Assembly: GCF_000150275.1 (NCBI RefSeq)
Contig: NW_002060943.1
Location: forward strand, 1,354,832 to 1,418,831
Direction of reading: 5' to 3'
From: Trichoplax adhaerens
Lineage: Eukaryota; Animalia; Placozoa
DNA length: 64,000 bases
The notes beneath the pieces are model-generated. The model saw nothing but the letters and a program-made list of their open reading frames with translations. It ran no database searches and was not told the origin of the DNA. This document shows positions 14,523 to 27,863 of this stretch, piece by piece. Positions within the stretch are counted from its first letter, which is position 1, and each line of letters begins with the position of its first letter. The position numbers and the translations under genes were made by a program.

Positions 14523-17393
14523 CTGTACAGTAGAGATTGACTACCTAATTCGGTTTAAGTCATGTGCATAGTCATCAAGTCAGAAGTCTTGCTATGCCCG
14601 TAGTTAAATATTTATTTACCAAATATTTCAGTAGGATTAAAGATAGGCAAGTTAAGGCAACATATAGCCATTCGAGAAGTTATATAACTACTGGAACGAT
14701 ATTCAAATACCAGGAGTCATCGGTAATGGTACGCTCGTCGATGCACGAGCTTTGCACAAGCCCACTAAGTACACAAATACATAAGTGTTAGTTAGCCCCG
14801 AGTAACTTATTTATTTTTCTTTATTATACATTATGCATAATACTGTTACATGTCGAAGATTTAAAAACCAATAGTCAATATTATAGTATACTACAGGATG
14901 AACTGTAACCTCTCTATACAGCTGGTGAATAACCATTGACTAATTAGTTGATATACACGAGAATTAGCGACGTTATGACGTTTATTTTTCTGTCGGTGCA
15001 ATTGTAATGCTAATATTAATTTATGTTAGGTAAATGTTAATACATGGACACCATCGAATAAATTCAGTATTAAGTTCTGGCTGAATATCTAAAAAATGCA
15101 TCACTTAAGAAAGGAATTTATTTCCGATAAACCGCTCAATTATCAGTATAAAGGCATGAATCGTCAATCAGGAGCTATTAGTTAAACAGAGTTTTCAAAT
15201 AGTATAAAATCTACTTACTGTAACATTATCTATTATGGCACTATCGATAATCTATTACATTTCTTCTTTGCAAAACACCAATCATAAAGGAAAATGCTAG
15301 TAAATACAATTTGATCCAAAAACCATCCCAGATACTCCTATCAATATTTTAAGATGTAAAATGTATTTGATTTATTTGCGAAATACAGCATGAGCAGACA
15401 GGAATCAAGGAGGAAATATTTGAAATTAGATCTACAAATGCTTCTTTTTGAGTACCATAACATCGTAATCATTCTCAGTAGCAATGAAAACTACATTATA
15501 GATTGCAATTGCTATTGTAACTTAGAGCAACAAATATTTGCTATCATAAGCATATTAAGAAATCAGGTTCTACACTAGTTGATTTTAAACGTATACATGA
15601 CGTAATCTCCTGCTGTGCAAGGAAAAGCGATTGGTTTTAGGCTTATAGTGTGTGCATCTGACTGTAAAAATATTTGGTTAGGCCACTTTCAACGTGATAT
15701 AAAATCTATAAGGCTTTCGTTGCTGAATTCCATTCCTGTTATATATACATCAATTATGATTGAATGATACGTATGTACTTTTCATGAATTGCGACTTGTT
15801 TGTATGTACACTGTTAGGTCAAGTTGAAGGTACTGAGAGTATTGGCAGCACTTTAAACCATTTTATCACACTCTCTTACGTTTAGGAATGTGTAATGATG
15901 CAATCTTACAACAAAAATGTCGACCAGAGTTATAAAAGACAGGTTTTTAATGCTCCAAATTTCTAGAATCTTAACCTGTTCCTTTGCAATTATAAATGTA
16001 TTTCCATACACTGTAGAGTAACTGATAATATTTGCAAAGATGGCCCTCTAAAATCTTCATCTAAACTCTTAATTGTTTCTATCTATCGTTGGCTATGTCC
16101 ATTTATATTATTAGCATAGATTTTCATCCATAGCCACTTACTTTGGTAAAATACCTTTCTGGTATCGTATTATTATCTATGCCCATTATTTAATTATAAA
16201 TATAATAATTTCTTACATAGAATCCAAAATCTGCATCGACATTTTTTCCTGGTTATTAACTTTTTCGGTTTCTTAGAGACAATTTGCATATAAACTGTCT
16301 AGAACCTGAAGAAATTTTTAAAGCATATATAGTTCTTTAGCAGTATAGGTGTCACTGTTCTCAAAATTTTTACGATTAATTTATATAAAATCCCCAAAAT
16401 CCTATTCAACATCTTGCATTTATTGTTAAGAATTAAGCCTTACTGTACTCTTTTTAATTTAAATTAGCTTTACTTGATTCTACCAACAGTTATTACTGGC
16501 CTATTTAAATCAATTTTCTTCTTTAAATAAAACTGTCGTTACAATTACCTTAACGGTTTAGCTCGTATATGAAATCAAAAGTAGCATAGAACTGTAAGAT
16601 ATCAGATATAGGATATTGCTTTGCGTGTATTTAAATGAGTCTATCTTGTTTTAAATGATCTAGCTTTATCCAAAACAAATTAATTAATGAAATAAGCACT
16701 GACATTACAATATTGGAGCCAAAGTGCCGGTATTTTTTGATTGATGTAATATTTTTAAATGCGAGTAGATATCAATCACAGTTTTGAAATAGCATATAAT
16801 GATGCTCAACACAATGTAAATATCTGATCAAATATATCATTAGTATGAATAAATTTATTCAGCTAAAATAGACAAACATATCCTACCATTTACGCCAGGC
16901 CGTTTTCTTATCGGTTTACACTTTTTAGATGTGCGTCATTTATGGGAGGTAACATCATAAAATATTGAACGTTCGAATGCAAATAAATGATTGAAAGGGT
17001 AATAAACATGAGCAATTCGCACATTTGAAATAGAAGAAGACATGATCACATTTGAGTTAGCACTTTATCCTTGTGATACTATACATTTATATTTGCATTG
17101 TATCAAAATATCATGGAATAGCAGACGATGTGAATAAATCACTACAGCTTTAGAATGAATAAACTTATTTAGGCGAAATAGACAATAGTATTTATAACAC
17201 TGAAGCTGAACTTTTGTTTAATGATTCTACTCTTTTAGATATACGCAAATTGGGCTATGGAAATTGCATAAAATATTGAAAGATACGAAGAATTTAATAT
17301 ATTATTAGCGTAAATAAATTTATATAATTGATACATGTAGAGACATCATCAAGTTGAAGATCAAGCTTTCTTTATTAAAGCTACTCTGACAGA

Positions 17394-17452
17394 TGCGTGG
17401 ATACTTCCGGTATAGAGCGTTGAAATCGCGTGAAGTGATGCGTGACTCACTT
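17394..17452. promoter_or_regulatory. Candidate promoter element upstream of the ankyrin gene (ETS-like and AP-1-like sites)
   Basis: Small CpG-rich patch in AT-rich DNA containing ACTTCCGGT (17403-17411) and TGACTCA (17443-17449), about 650 bp before the predicted ATG. Confidence 0.3.
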
Positions 17453-18080
17453 AAAATAAATAATTAAATACGCTATCAACGAATATATTTGCTTTACTCT
17501 AATACATTCGGACTTTTAAGCTTAGAATTTCATAATGATATTACTCTTATAGAATTGCTGCATGAACGATGTTTAAGTAATATGAACTGCTAGTCGATTT
17601 AATGCAAACAAGTAATTACAGAAATTATGAGCATGAATAAATTTATTGAATCAGCTTTGCCCCTTATTGGCTAATGACTTCTTGGACATAATCATTTGAT
17701 CGATCTCAAATGCCGATATCCAATCCGGTTTGATTACTGCATAAGGCGCAATATTGTTAATGTTGATTTATGAGCAAGTTTACTATGACAGGAAAATTCG
17801 CAAATTGATTATCGCCTGATGAATACTTTTATAGTGGTAATAGGCAATATTAAATATTACCTAGTTAGACGTTCTAAGTGGAATAAGATCAAAATGAGCG
17901 TTAATTTTTCAGCATTTTTAGAAATAACATATGGAGCGAATGACGTTATTAATCAAAAAATTACCGTAAAAATAATATCAATAAATCAAAAAATTACAGT
18001 TAATTGATGTTGTGTCTAAAATATGAACATTAGATAGAAGGCCTACAGAAAATTTTAACTCCATTTAAAGATTGTATCAC

Positions 18081-20767
18081 ATGATGGCTAGCTTAAGGAA
18101 GGTATAAATTGGTTGTAAAATTATGATTATGATACCATTATTTTGCCATCATGGTAATGAAATATGACAAATATAAAATGATAGTTGAGCAGTGTCAATC
18201 GATATTTGCTGTTGTATTTTGTATCTTATCTTCATGATAGCAATATTGAAGTTTTTCTTTCAATTTATGTAGTTGATGAAGCCGAAAAGAATTGATATTA
18301 TTCGAGCTTCAGAAAAAGCAGATAAAAGAATTTTACAAGTCATAAAAAAGTTGAATATCGATATAGATGTTTATGGTAGAGAAGTAAGTTCAGATGTTGC
18401 AGGACAATTAGATTGAAGTAGTTTGGTCTTGAAATTAAATTATTTTTTAAATTGATTGAATTAGAGCTGGCCTTTTGGTTCCGCTTTACAATATCAGATT
18501 TTTTTTAATAATATTGAAGCCATACGCTTTCTTCTCGAAAATGGAGCAGATCCAAATCATTTAGACGTAAGCTAAGTGAGATATAAATCAGATTTGAGCT
18601 AATTCCTTCATGCTTATTTGATCAATTTTAACAAATTTACCTTATCATTATCCACACTTGGTACATTTGGATAGTAGTACTAGTGATAAAAACCTTAATC
18701 TTATACCGAATAGATTAAAAATTCCGCTAATTTTTTTGCAAATGATTAGAAAGTTGCGTAGAATTTCATTTTTACTGCCTTTAAGATAGGACTGATTCCA
18801 TTTTTTTTAATCTATTTTGGACGTAAATAGTTTAGTTTAACAACTCCAATACATTGGGCAGCCGTCTTTGGCCATTTAGATGCCTTAAAATTAATGTACG
18901 AACATCATGGCGACATTAACATTATGTCTGGAGTAAGCATATTGATATTATTTTAATTATATTAATTTTAGCCTGTAATTTTCATAGCAATCATAGATAA
19001 TCTGCATATTATCAACTTAGCAACACAAAGTTAGAGTAATTTATTCCCTGTGTTATTTATTTGAAGGTTATAATTATATTTTGTCCCTATAAAGTTTTCA
19101 GTATCTAAAGATAGTTGATCGCCGTGATTAAGTTAAAATGGGCGAGCTAAATTCCAGGTTCTTAATAGTTATACAAATTAATGCTAAATATTATGAGATA
19201 GCCAAGTAATGGGATGAATAATTATAATTATAATTAATCATTCAGTAAAAGAACTAAAATATATTAAAGCAGAATAGATGATTGCATTGCTCAGTTTATA
19301 AATTATTAATTGGTCAATTGTAATTATTTATGTATTACTCAAAGGAAGCATTAAATTGAGTAGAAATTTTGTAAGAGAGTTTGCAATTAGTTCATTCACT
19401 TATATCATTAGCTACGTTATCGACTATCTATCTTGGTTGGGTAATCTTAATCCAAATAAAGCATAAATCAAATTTCTTTATTGACAAACTGTTTTTTATA
19501 TTGCAGAATAACCAGACGCCGCTTCTTTTTGCAGCTACAAATGGCGAGGAAGAAGTTATATCTTGGTTGATTGCACAAGGAGCGGATATCCATTGCCATG
19601 ATACGGTAAGTGAGCTACAAGCAGTTAAATTAGACAAGGAATATATACACAAATTCTAACCCTATGCGATTATCGATTCTTATGTACAATCCATGTAAAA
19701 ATAGCCAAATGCATAAATAAAGCAAAAAGTCTAATATATCAACTTACATGAATATTAAAGCAATCTACACTTATAGAATAGAATTATACATATAAGTAAA
19801 ATATTTCAGTCATTTAATGGAATAAGTATATGCAAATATCTAGCCTATCTAGTCTATTGAATACGAAAACATGTGTAAAACAATAAATTCAAAGTAATTT
19901 AATGATAAATGGCCATCTTGACTATTTAATCTATGTAAAATACATGAACATGAGCAAAATGATGAAATTTAATCGTAATCATGTGGAATTCATTTACATG
20001 CACAATTAATGATGGTGTTAATCGATGTCTCAAATTTTATTATTGATCTGTTTAGTTTAGCAATTCCCCTTTACGAATAGCAATCGTTAATGGATTTGTT
20101 GGCTCGATGAAGTTGCTTATAAAATTGGGATTGGATATTGAAGATACCAATTATGTAAGTAGAATCATAGCACCTCTTACATAATATGATACAATTTGGT
20201 TATTTACTGCGTAGTTAAAGATCAATTTTATAATTGATCTAGTGATTGTGTACGTTAATTGATTTTACTTCTCCAATTTTTATGAGTAATCATTTTCAAT
20301 CTTAATCTAAAACATAGAGGTTAGAAACGCCGATCTACGGTGCAATTCGTTATTACGATCCTGATATCAGTCTTGAAATGGTTAAGATTTTATTGGATAA
20401 CAATGCTAATGTTGATCATCAGAATAAGGTAATTATTGTATTTAGATCTCGCTACTAGAATTTCTTTCTTAGAATTCTTGTAAGGAGTAACTGCTAGTAC
20501 TGCATATAATCAGATTTTATTGTGCTTTTAAAATAATCCCAACAAAGGAGCATTACAAAATATGTAAAACTTTCTTATACCTGTATATCAATAATTAATA
20601 CTTTATGGTATAATATCTTCACTGAGGTATCTAATTATCTATTTAATGTTCGTTCCTTTTTAAAATTTTAGTTTGGACAAACACCTTTAGATATCGCTCA
20701 TGATGTCGGAAATCAGCAAGTTGTGAAGGAAATTCTTAATAGTTTAGGCATAGAATTGGATGATTAA
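18081..20767 (+). CDS. Ankyrin-repeat protein, ~246 aa, 8 exons
   Basis: Hand-spliced GT-AG exons 18081-18101, 18273-18383, 18465-18566, 18831-18932, 19507-19605, 20056-20154, 20318-20428, 20672-20767, all phase 0. Ankyrin motifs include FLLENGADPN, TPIHWAAVFGHLDALKLM, TPLLFAATNGEEEVISWLIAQGAD, SPLRIAIVNG, TPIYGAI and GQTPLDIA. Exon 1 is uncertain; the ATG at 18276 is an alternative start. Confidence 0.88.
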
Positions 20768-21592
20768 ATCATGTAATAGTATTTGCTAATATCTTTAAAG
20801 TATTAGATTGGTCATGATGTTGACGATACGTGAAAAACACAAACTCAGCATACGAATTAATCCTTATTGATATATTTGATTTTGTATAGTTAAAAACAGT
20901 GAGATTATGTGATTACCGACTGCTTAAAGCAGCCTGCGTTTTTTTAAACTAATAAAAAAAGATGCAATTACGCAAATTTCATATTGCATTAGTAATGTCG
21001 TAAAGGTTGTTTTCATATTTTATTGAAGATGTGCTCAAAGAAGTTATTAATTGCTTACGTTTCAATAAATTTCAATCAATTGATTTGATCGTACCAATTA
21101 AAACGCAAAAATTTATCCCTTCATAAGATAGATTGTAGTAATTTTAATTAAATTAGATATCAAAACTCCATATGCATAATTAATCATCTGCTTTGGACAA
21201 ACGTTAAAGTTAATTTACATACATTTTAAAAAATAACTTTACAACACTCTATCATCATATTAACCCACGAAAAGTACAAAAGGAATGTATCCTTTAGAAA
21301 TTAGTCTAATGAACAACTATTATATTGCTACTAACGGAGTTCTGATTTATTATATATAAATATATATTTATTGATTGTATAACGTTGAACTTCTTCGTTG
21401 TTTCATAAAATTAAACTACAGCAATTTAACGCAGTACAATTGAAATGAACATCAATAGCGAAGATATGATCATTACAACGATTTAAGTTATCAACTATGA
21501 TAATAACTAAAGACAGTAGATCTTTGATAAAATATCAAAAACAGAAATGATATTTGACTATATACAAAAACAAGATCATGAAATGCTTAAAT

Positions 21593-24500
21593 CTATTTTC
21601 GCTTATTCTTTCCCTGCCGTGATGACGACATGTCCTGCAATTTTGAATTCAATTTCTTTTGTAACAGTTCTTGTTTCAACGCATTCTTAGAGCTACTACT
21701 ACTTTTTGACGTAGACTTAAAATCTTTACGAGCTGCAAGGCGAGCTTCTTGGCCGCATCCATGCAACTCCGGCAATTGATGAGAGAAACAAAATCGACGA
21801 CGACAATGTTGACAAAATAAACCAAGAGTAGCTACAGGCTTTTTACACCCGATCATAGCACAGTGGTTATCTGCAGCAACAGCAGCTTCGATTAAGGCAT
21901 CAAAATCATCACCACTATTCATATTTTTAATCACTGGCTTTAACTTTACTTTTTTACCACCCTTCTTTTTATCAATTGTCTGCTTATCATTACTGTTAGC
22001 CTTTTTACTATTTACATGGCAGCGCAATAAATGAAGGTCTTTATTAGCCAAAGGAATAATTTTAGAGCAGGAATTGCATTTAAAGGAATTAACATCTTCC
22101 GAATAACCTACTAATAATACGTAAAGATAAGGGTTATCGAACATTAATTTGGATATAAAAACGATGAGTAAAAACGATCATATTCATAGTTACAAAAATG
22201 TTCCAGGGTACCTTCTGTTTTAGTTATTTCTAAATCCTTTGACTGGATTGATTTGCCGGCAATATCCACGTGTTCTTGAATACGCTGTAGTAATTCCTTT
22301 TCAACATCAGATTGATCATCTTTGATAGGTTTCTTTATTATGATTCTTCTTTCCTTCCCTTCCCCAATACTACGATGTTCAAGATGCAACGCTTCTGCAA
22401 ATTCATGTACTTTACGACGTTCATACGATGATAAAGTATATGGAAAACTAAGTTCTTGATCCGCTCCTTCTTCCATAAATAAATCTATTCGCTTCTTTAT
22501 TTTATCTACAGAGGAGCTTTTTACTGTTGGTGGAGATGAAGCCGTATCCGATGAACTGTCATGTGGTGTTGCTTTAGTAATAGCTTCCTTACTTGTCTTG
22601 GGCGTCGATTTATTTTCTTCTATGATCAAGTTCTAAACACAAACAAGGTAAAGGTATAAGAGGTTTCACTGCAAAAGCGAAGTTACTTATTAATAATTAA
22701 GACGGATTCCGGCGTTTAATACCGAATTAAATAAATTTGAGCTCCTATCTTTTAAACCGGATAATTTGGCATCTTGGCAGATATCACCTTCAATATATTG
22801 CAATGCTGATCGAACTTCACCAAAGTCATTAAAATATTGTATCAATGTTTCCATATGCTTATCTTTGCTAACTGTTTCAGAATCTCCAATGACAGCTAAG
22901 TGACATCTAGCACGAGTAACTGCAACATTAATTCTTCGATATTCCGATAGGAAACCAACATCGCCTAAGAATTACGATCAGTTTACATACAGACTTTACA
23001 TATGATAGCTTAAGAAAGTATTCACCATAGTATAACATTGTATAAATATCTGAATAAATAAATAAATACCTTTCTCGTTTGATCTAACAAGCGAGATAAT
23101 AATCGCTTCCTTTTCACGACCTTGAAAACCATCCACTGATTTTATTTCAATATTTAATGATACCTTTGCTAGTTTTAGACGTAGTAATTCTACTTGCATA
23201 TTATACGGTGTAATTATTCCGATGTCGGATGATTTTACTCCGGCGTTGATTAATTTTTCGACATGGATAACTACTAGGTTGACTTCATATTCATTACCAC
23301 GAGACGGTTGATCAGGCTCAGTATTTTCCATTTCGTGATAATCACAGCCAGCAGTATCAATCAATACGATTGGAATGCGGGTATTTTCATCGTCGCTAAC
23401 ATTAGGTAAGTCTCTATAGTTTTTAAAAATACAACATGAACACAATTATAGGTATATAAAAGTTATCAGACAGATAGTCTATAAGTAAAGAATTTACAAA
23501 CCTCAACAACTGATTAGCAACATTGGAAGCAGCAACTAATTTGTTCTGGTAGAATTCATTGGACGACCACTGCATTATCTTAGAGTTCATACGATACTGC
23601 GTTTTCAACATTTTGACACACTTTTCATCAAATCTGTTGACAAGTCTTTCCATTAATGTAACAGCTAAGCCTTTATCGGCAGCTTTATCAGATAATATGG
23701 TTGGTGGCAATTGCAAATGATCACCAGCTAAAATACATTTAGAAGAGCGTAGAAGAGCAATCCAACAGCTTGCTTCAATTGCTTGAGCAGCTTCATCAAT
23801 AATAACAACATCAACGTGATTATCGCTCAAGTACTGTAATGGCCCCTCATCCGATGCTCCAGTTAAGGTTGCTAGTATAACGTCAGAATTTGTAAGAGTC
23901 TCGGTCGTTGCTTTCTGTTCACGCTTTTTGAGTTCTTTCCTAAGTAATTTAATTTCATGGCGTATTTGCCTTCTGTCACTCTTAGCTTTATGAAATGATG
24001 ATATCGCTTTGTCTATGTCATTTCGAACATCTTTGATAATATCAGCACTATCCGCTGACGAAAGAACAGCATCTAGAGAGTGAGACTAAAAATGTATAGT
24101 AATATGATTATTATTAGAATTGGTGTTATACGTACCGGATATTTGCTTATTACAATATCAATTAGCAATACAGTGGAATTAAACATAAGCAAGCAATTGC
24201 CAGCAATTTAGTTCAAAACATCTGTCGATGATCAATGATACCTGTAGATGGTTTAACAATCTTGCAGGATGACCAAGGCGTATAAATTTGACTTTATTAT
24301 CTTTGCGTAGACCTTTGTTCAATATCGATAATTTCTCAACCATGTTATCAACGGCAATATTAGAAGGGGCACATGCTAAAACTTTGAGTTTCCACTTGAG
24401 AACCAACTGCAAGATAACCTCCAAGACCACTGTTGTTTTGCCAGTACCAGGTGGGCCGTGGATGATTGCAAGATGAGATTGAGATACAGCAAATTGAACA

Positions 24501-25934
24501 GCCTGTTTTTGATTTTCATTGAGTGATTTGTTAAACCAATAACTACTATCATCATCGCAAATCCTAGCTTCACTATTATCATTGTTATTGAGGGATTTGT
24601 CAATGGATGTGTTATCAGAATAATGTTGTGGCTGAGATAATTTTTTCGTCCTGCCATCTACAGGGGCGTTTCCATAAATAATATCAATTAAAGGAGATGC
24701 GATGCCATCACGATAATTGTCCAATTCTTTGATAGCTCTAATATATTAAAAAGACAAATAAAGTCTACTCAATGCTCATCGTAATGATTTCCGCTCATTA
24801 CAGTACAGCAGATTCATGCATGAAAATATGATAATAGGATACAGTAAACAATTGTGTAGCATCGAAGAGTCGGCTTTACCCATTAGAGTATATGTAGATT
24901 GTGATTTACACTATAAAACAACACACTTGTCCTTTTTGTACTGTGAGTTAGATTGAGAATTTTATGGAGCTAATTATGCCCATTCATTACACTCGTATTA
25001 AATGTACTTATTGGAGGAATAACATAGACATGAAAATATTATATTAAGCAATTTACCTTTACAAGAAACAATTTAGATATAAAATCTATCAAGAGTAAAA
25101 TGATGATTTTAGCGATATTTTTATTACCTCTTTTGCCTGTTGTAGGTGACATCATTGCATAGTTTTATGATATCGTAGGTAGTTTGATAATCCACCTCTA
25201 ATTGTTCTGCACTCTCATCCAATGCGATGCCAACTTGGGTATCGCTCACTTGATTAATAACACCTTGTCCTATATGCTGATTTCGATCGTTTGATAAGTT
25301 GATTCTGACAATGTCCCCTAAATTAAAAGATTTATTATTTTTCAGTATTTTTAGGACATGACTATCATGTAGAGTCCAACTAGAATCATGTTTGTCGAGT
25401 TAGATTGTATGTTTGTACAATTGTCTATTCATTGCTGTTGAGATAAATGTAGATAGTTGTCGGCTTCAGAATTAATTCATGTAATAACATGACATCAACT
25501 AGACAAGAAAGTTCTCATCATTTCATTTTTGAGACACTTGAGTCACAACTACGCGAAATAAGCTTTACCCTATCAAAAATCTTCCATTTCGATACAACAG
25601 ATCCATCTACTGTATACGTATTCAAATTGCCTTTACAATTTTAATCACAGAATTGAGTTGATCAATCCACTTTACCTGCAGTGAATTCATGAGCTGGCAA
25701 TAACTGCCGATTGTACTTATTAAACGTCAATAGTGTCCGTCCATATAATCCTGATCGACAATTGGTCAAATATAATTTGGATAAACATAGACCTAATTTT
25801 TCTAATGTTTTGCAATTTTTCAGCTCTCTTAATGCACGAGACTGGTGGAGTTCTTCTTGCCTCTCTAAAGCTAATAAGTCTAGCGTTTTACTAGTGAATG
25901 AATGAATATCTTCAACAGCCTGACTACATGCCAT
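21593..25934 (-). CDS. IGHMBP2: DNA-binding protein SMUBP-2 (UPF1-like SF1 helicase + R3H + AN1 zinc finger), ~1016 aa, 8 exons
   Basis: Exons 25934-25676, 25317-25128, 24737-24242, 24085-23502, 23413-23070, 22964-22723, 22632-22212, 22107-21593 are phase-consistent. Motifs: Walker [47 protein letters not shown]3H ([10 protein letters not shown]) and AN1 finger ([20 protein letters not shown]). Confidence 0.96.
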
Positions 25935-26059
25935 ATTAACTCTGCAAGAACTACTTCCAACACGATAGAAATGGCAGATTTATATTCTCTACATCCTCCA
26001 ACCACAACAGAATGTCTAAGGGTCTCTAATCCAGCTGATTCGATGATCTTCAATGAATG

Positions 26060-26230
26060 ATTGCCTAGCAATGTAGTGCCTGGTTTCTATTTCCCAGGTC
26101 GGAACGTACTGTACAGGAATTACTATGCTCTACTGAGTACTGTTCAGCATAGTATAGTAGCATACTGAGCGGACAACTTGAAGAAGACCTGGACGGATCA
26201 TTCTTGGACGGACGGACCATTTGGCCTTGC
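26060..26230. promoter_or_regulatory. Putative divergent promoter between IGHMBP2 and CENATAC
   Basis: Lies between head-to-head genes and is locally GC-richer. Contains GTACTGTACAG/AGTACTG motifs and GGACGGA(C/T) copies like those at 56-57 kb. Confidence 0.45.
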
Positions 26231-26667
26231 AAATCTTGCGCCAAACACTGCGTTGTGACAATGCTTTAGTATGAAGATGGTCGATGTTAAATGGACTGCT
26301 TTTTTTCTAAATGAAGTAATATTACGTTGAATCTTATTATCTGTCAGTAAGTTCTACTTGGAAATAGCTATATAAGATCGTCAATGTTATTAAAATTAGT
26401 ACTAGGGATTTAGAAAACAGACACGGATGATCCGTACTAGGTAGCCATTTTTCAATCTTGACAACCTCATCGATTTAGGAAAGTCTGTCTGTCCGAGTGA
26501 TCACTTCACGTCTGAGGGTAGTGTTGCGTACAGCAAGAAAATATAGAGGATTTCTATTGCTTTCGCGTTCGATTTTAATAACTGTATTGATTTCCAGTTG
26601 AATCCAAGCAATGGCGTCATCGCCTTGTAATGCCAATGGAAGCACTTAAGTAGAAAGCAGGTAGAAA

Positions 26668-26990
26668 GTAAGGGTGATCGTATGGCAATCAAGGTCTATT
26701 TAAGCACCTTAGCTATCCTACAATATTGTAAATTGATCGTCATCGATCATGGACTACCTATGTCTAGTATCCAGTCTAGGCAAAGTTGGCCATAATTGCA
26801 TTGCCAGTCCGCATCAGAATTAAAGTGTAAAAAGTGCAAGGGTGATAGTATGGCAATCGAGTTCTATTTGAGCACCTTGGGTATCATACAGTATTTATCG
26901 ATTCATTGCCATCGATCATGGACTACCATGCAGTATCCCAGTCGAAGTTGGCAATAGTTGCACCGCAAGTCCATATCAGAATTAAAGTGT
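26668..26990. repeat. Tandem duplication, 2 x ~160 bp
   Basis: aagggtgat.gtatggcaatc...tctattt.agcacctt...catcgatcatggactacc...aagttggc...atcagaattaaagtgt at ~26668 and ~26835. Confidence 0.88.
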
Positions 26991-27863
26991 CATTGCATGG
27001 CAGAGATTAAGGGTATTGTAGAGCTAACATGAAACTATCGCGCCTTCTTTCCCTCTCTTTCTGTTCATGAACAGCAAGCAGACAGGAAAATACTGACGCA
27101 TAGCAAATGCAATAGATGACAGAAGATTTTGCACATTGGATACTACTCTGTATAGGTAGAGGGAAAAAAGAATGTCACCCATTAGGATGATTGCGCACTA
27201 AGAGATACCATACCTTCATATCGAGGATTTGTGGATGCTAAAATAAGTCAATAACGTATTTATTCTATCGATTTTCTCCAGCATTGCGCGGTTTATACCT
27301 ATCTAGGAAGCATACAGTATATATATACATACAGTAGTAAGAAATAATCTAGCTGGGAAATTCTTTTTAATGTATTGCTTTATGTAGAATACATATATAC
27401 AGTATATACCTATCGATTTGAACGGGAATTTACCTACAGTAGTTAGTAATCATAATTTTCTATGCTAATTTACAGTAAAGACTTTCTCGAGTGTCTCTAA
27501 TTTGCAGTATAGTAGCTGGTTTGGCCACAAGAGTACATGATTTATTCATTTTTATTTTGTAGGCTACGACTATTCAATGACGAGCAAAACTTATGTCATG
27601 TAAAGAGTAGTGTTTACACTAGGCGAAGGATCAATTTACCTGACATGACTTTTTGTCGAGCCTGGCATACAGCAAGACGGACGGAATATACGATACAGCG
27701 AGAGTGTACTGTATCATGCATTCAATACTGTCACTAACATTGTATGAAAGGAACAACCAGTCCGGTCGAGTTAATTTGCAACTGCTTTTACTACAGCATA
27801 ACAGCCCCCTCCGAAAATCCTCGCTCCTAATTGCTATGGTCACCATCAAGGCAAATTCATAAA

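Noticed and set aside
3411-18007. Scattered 60-87 aa ORFs in the long intergenic region
   Set aside because: Compositions typical of random AT-rich frames (I/L/F/K/N/Y-rich), with no consistent splice-linked model.
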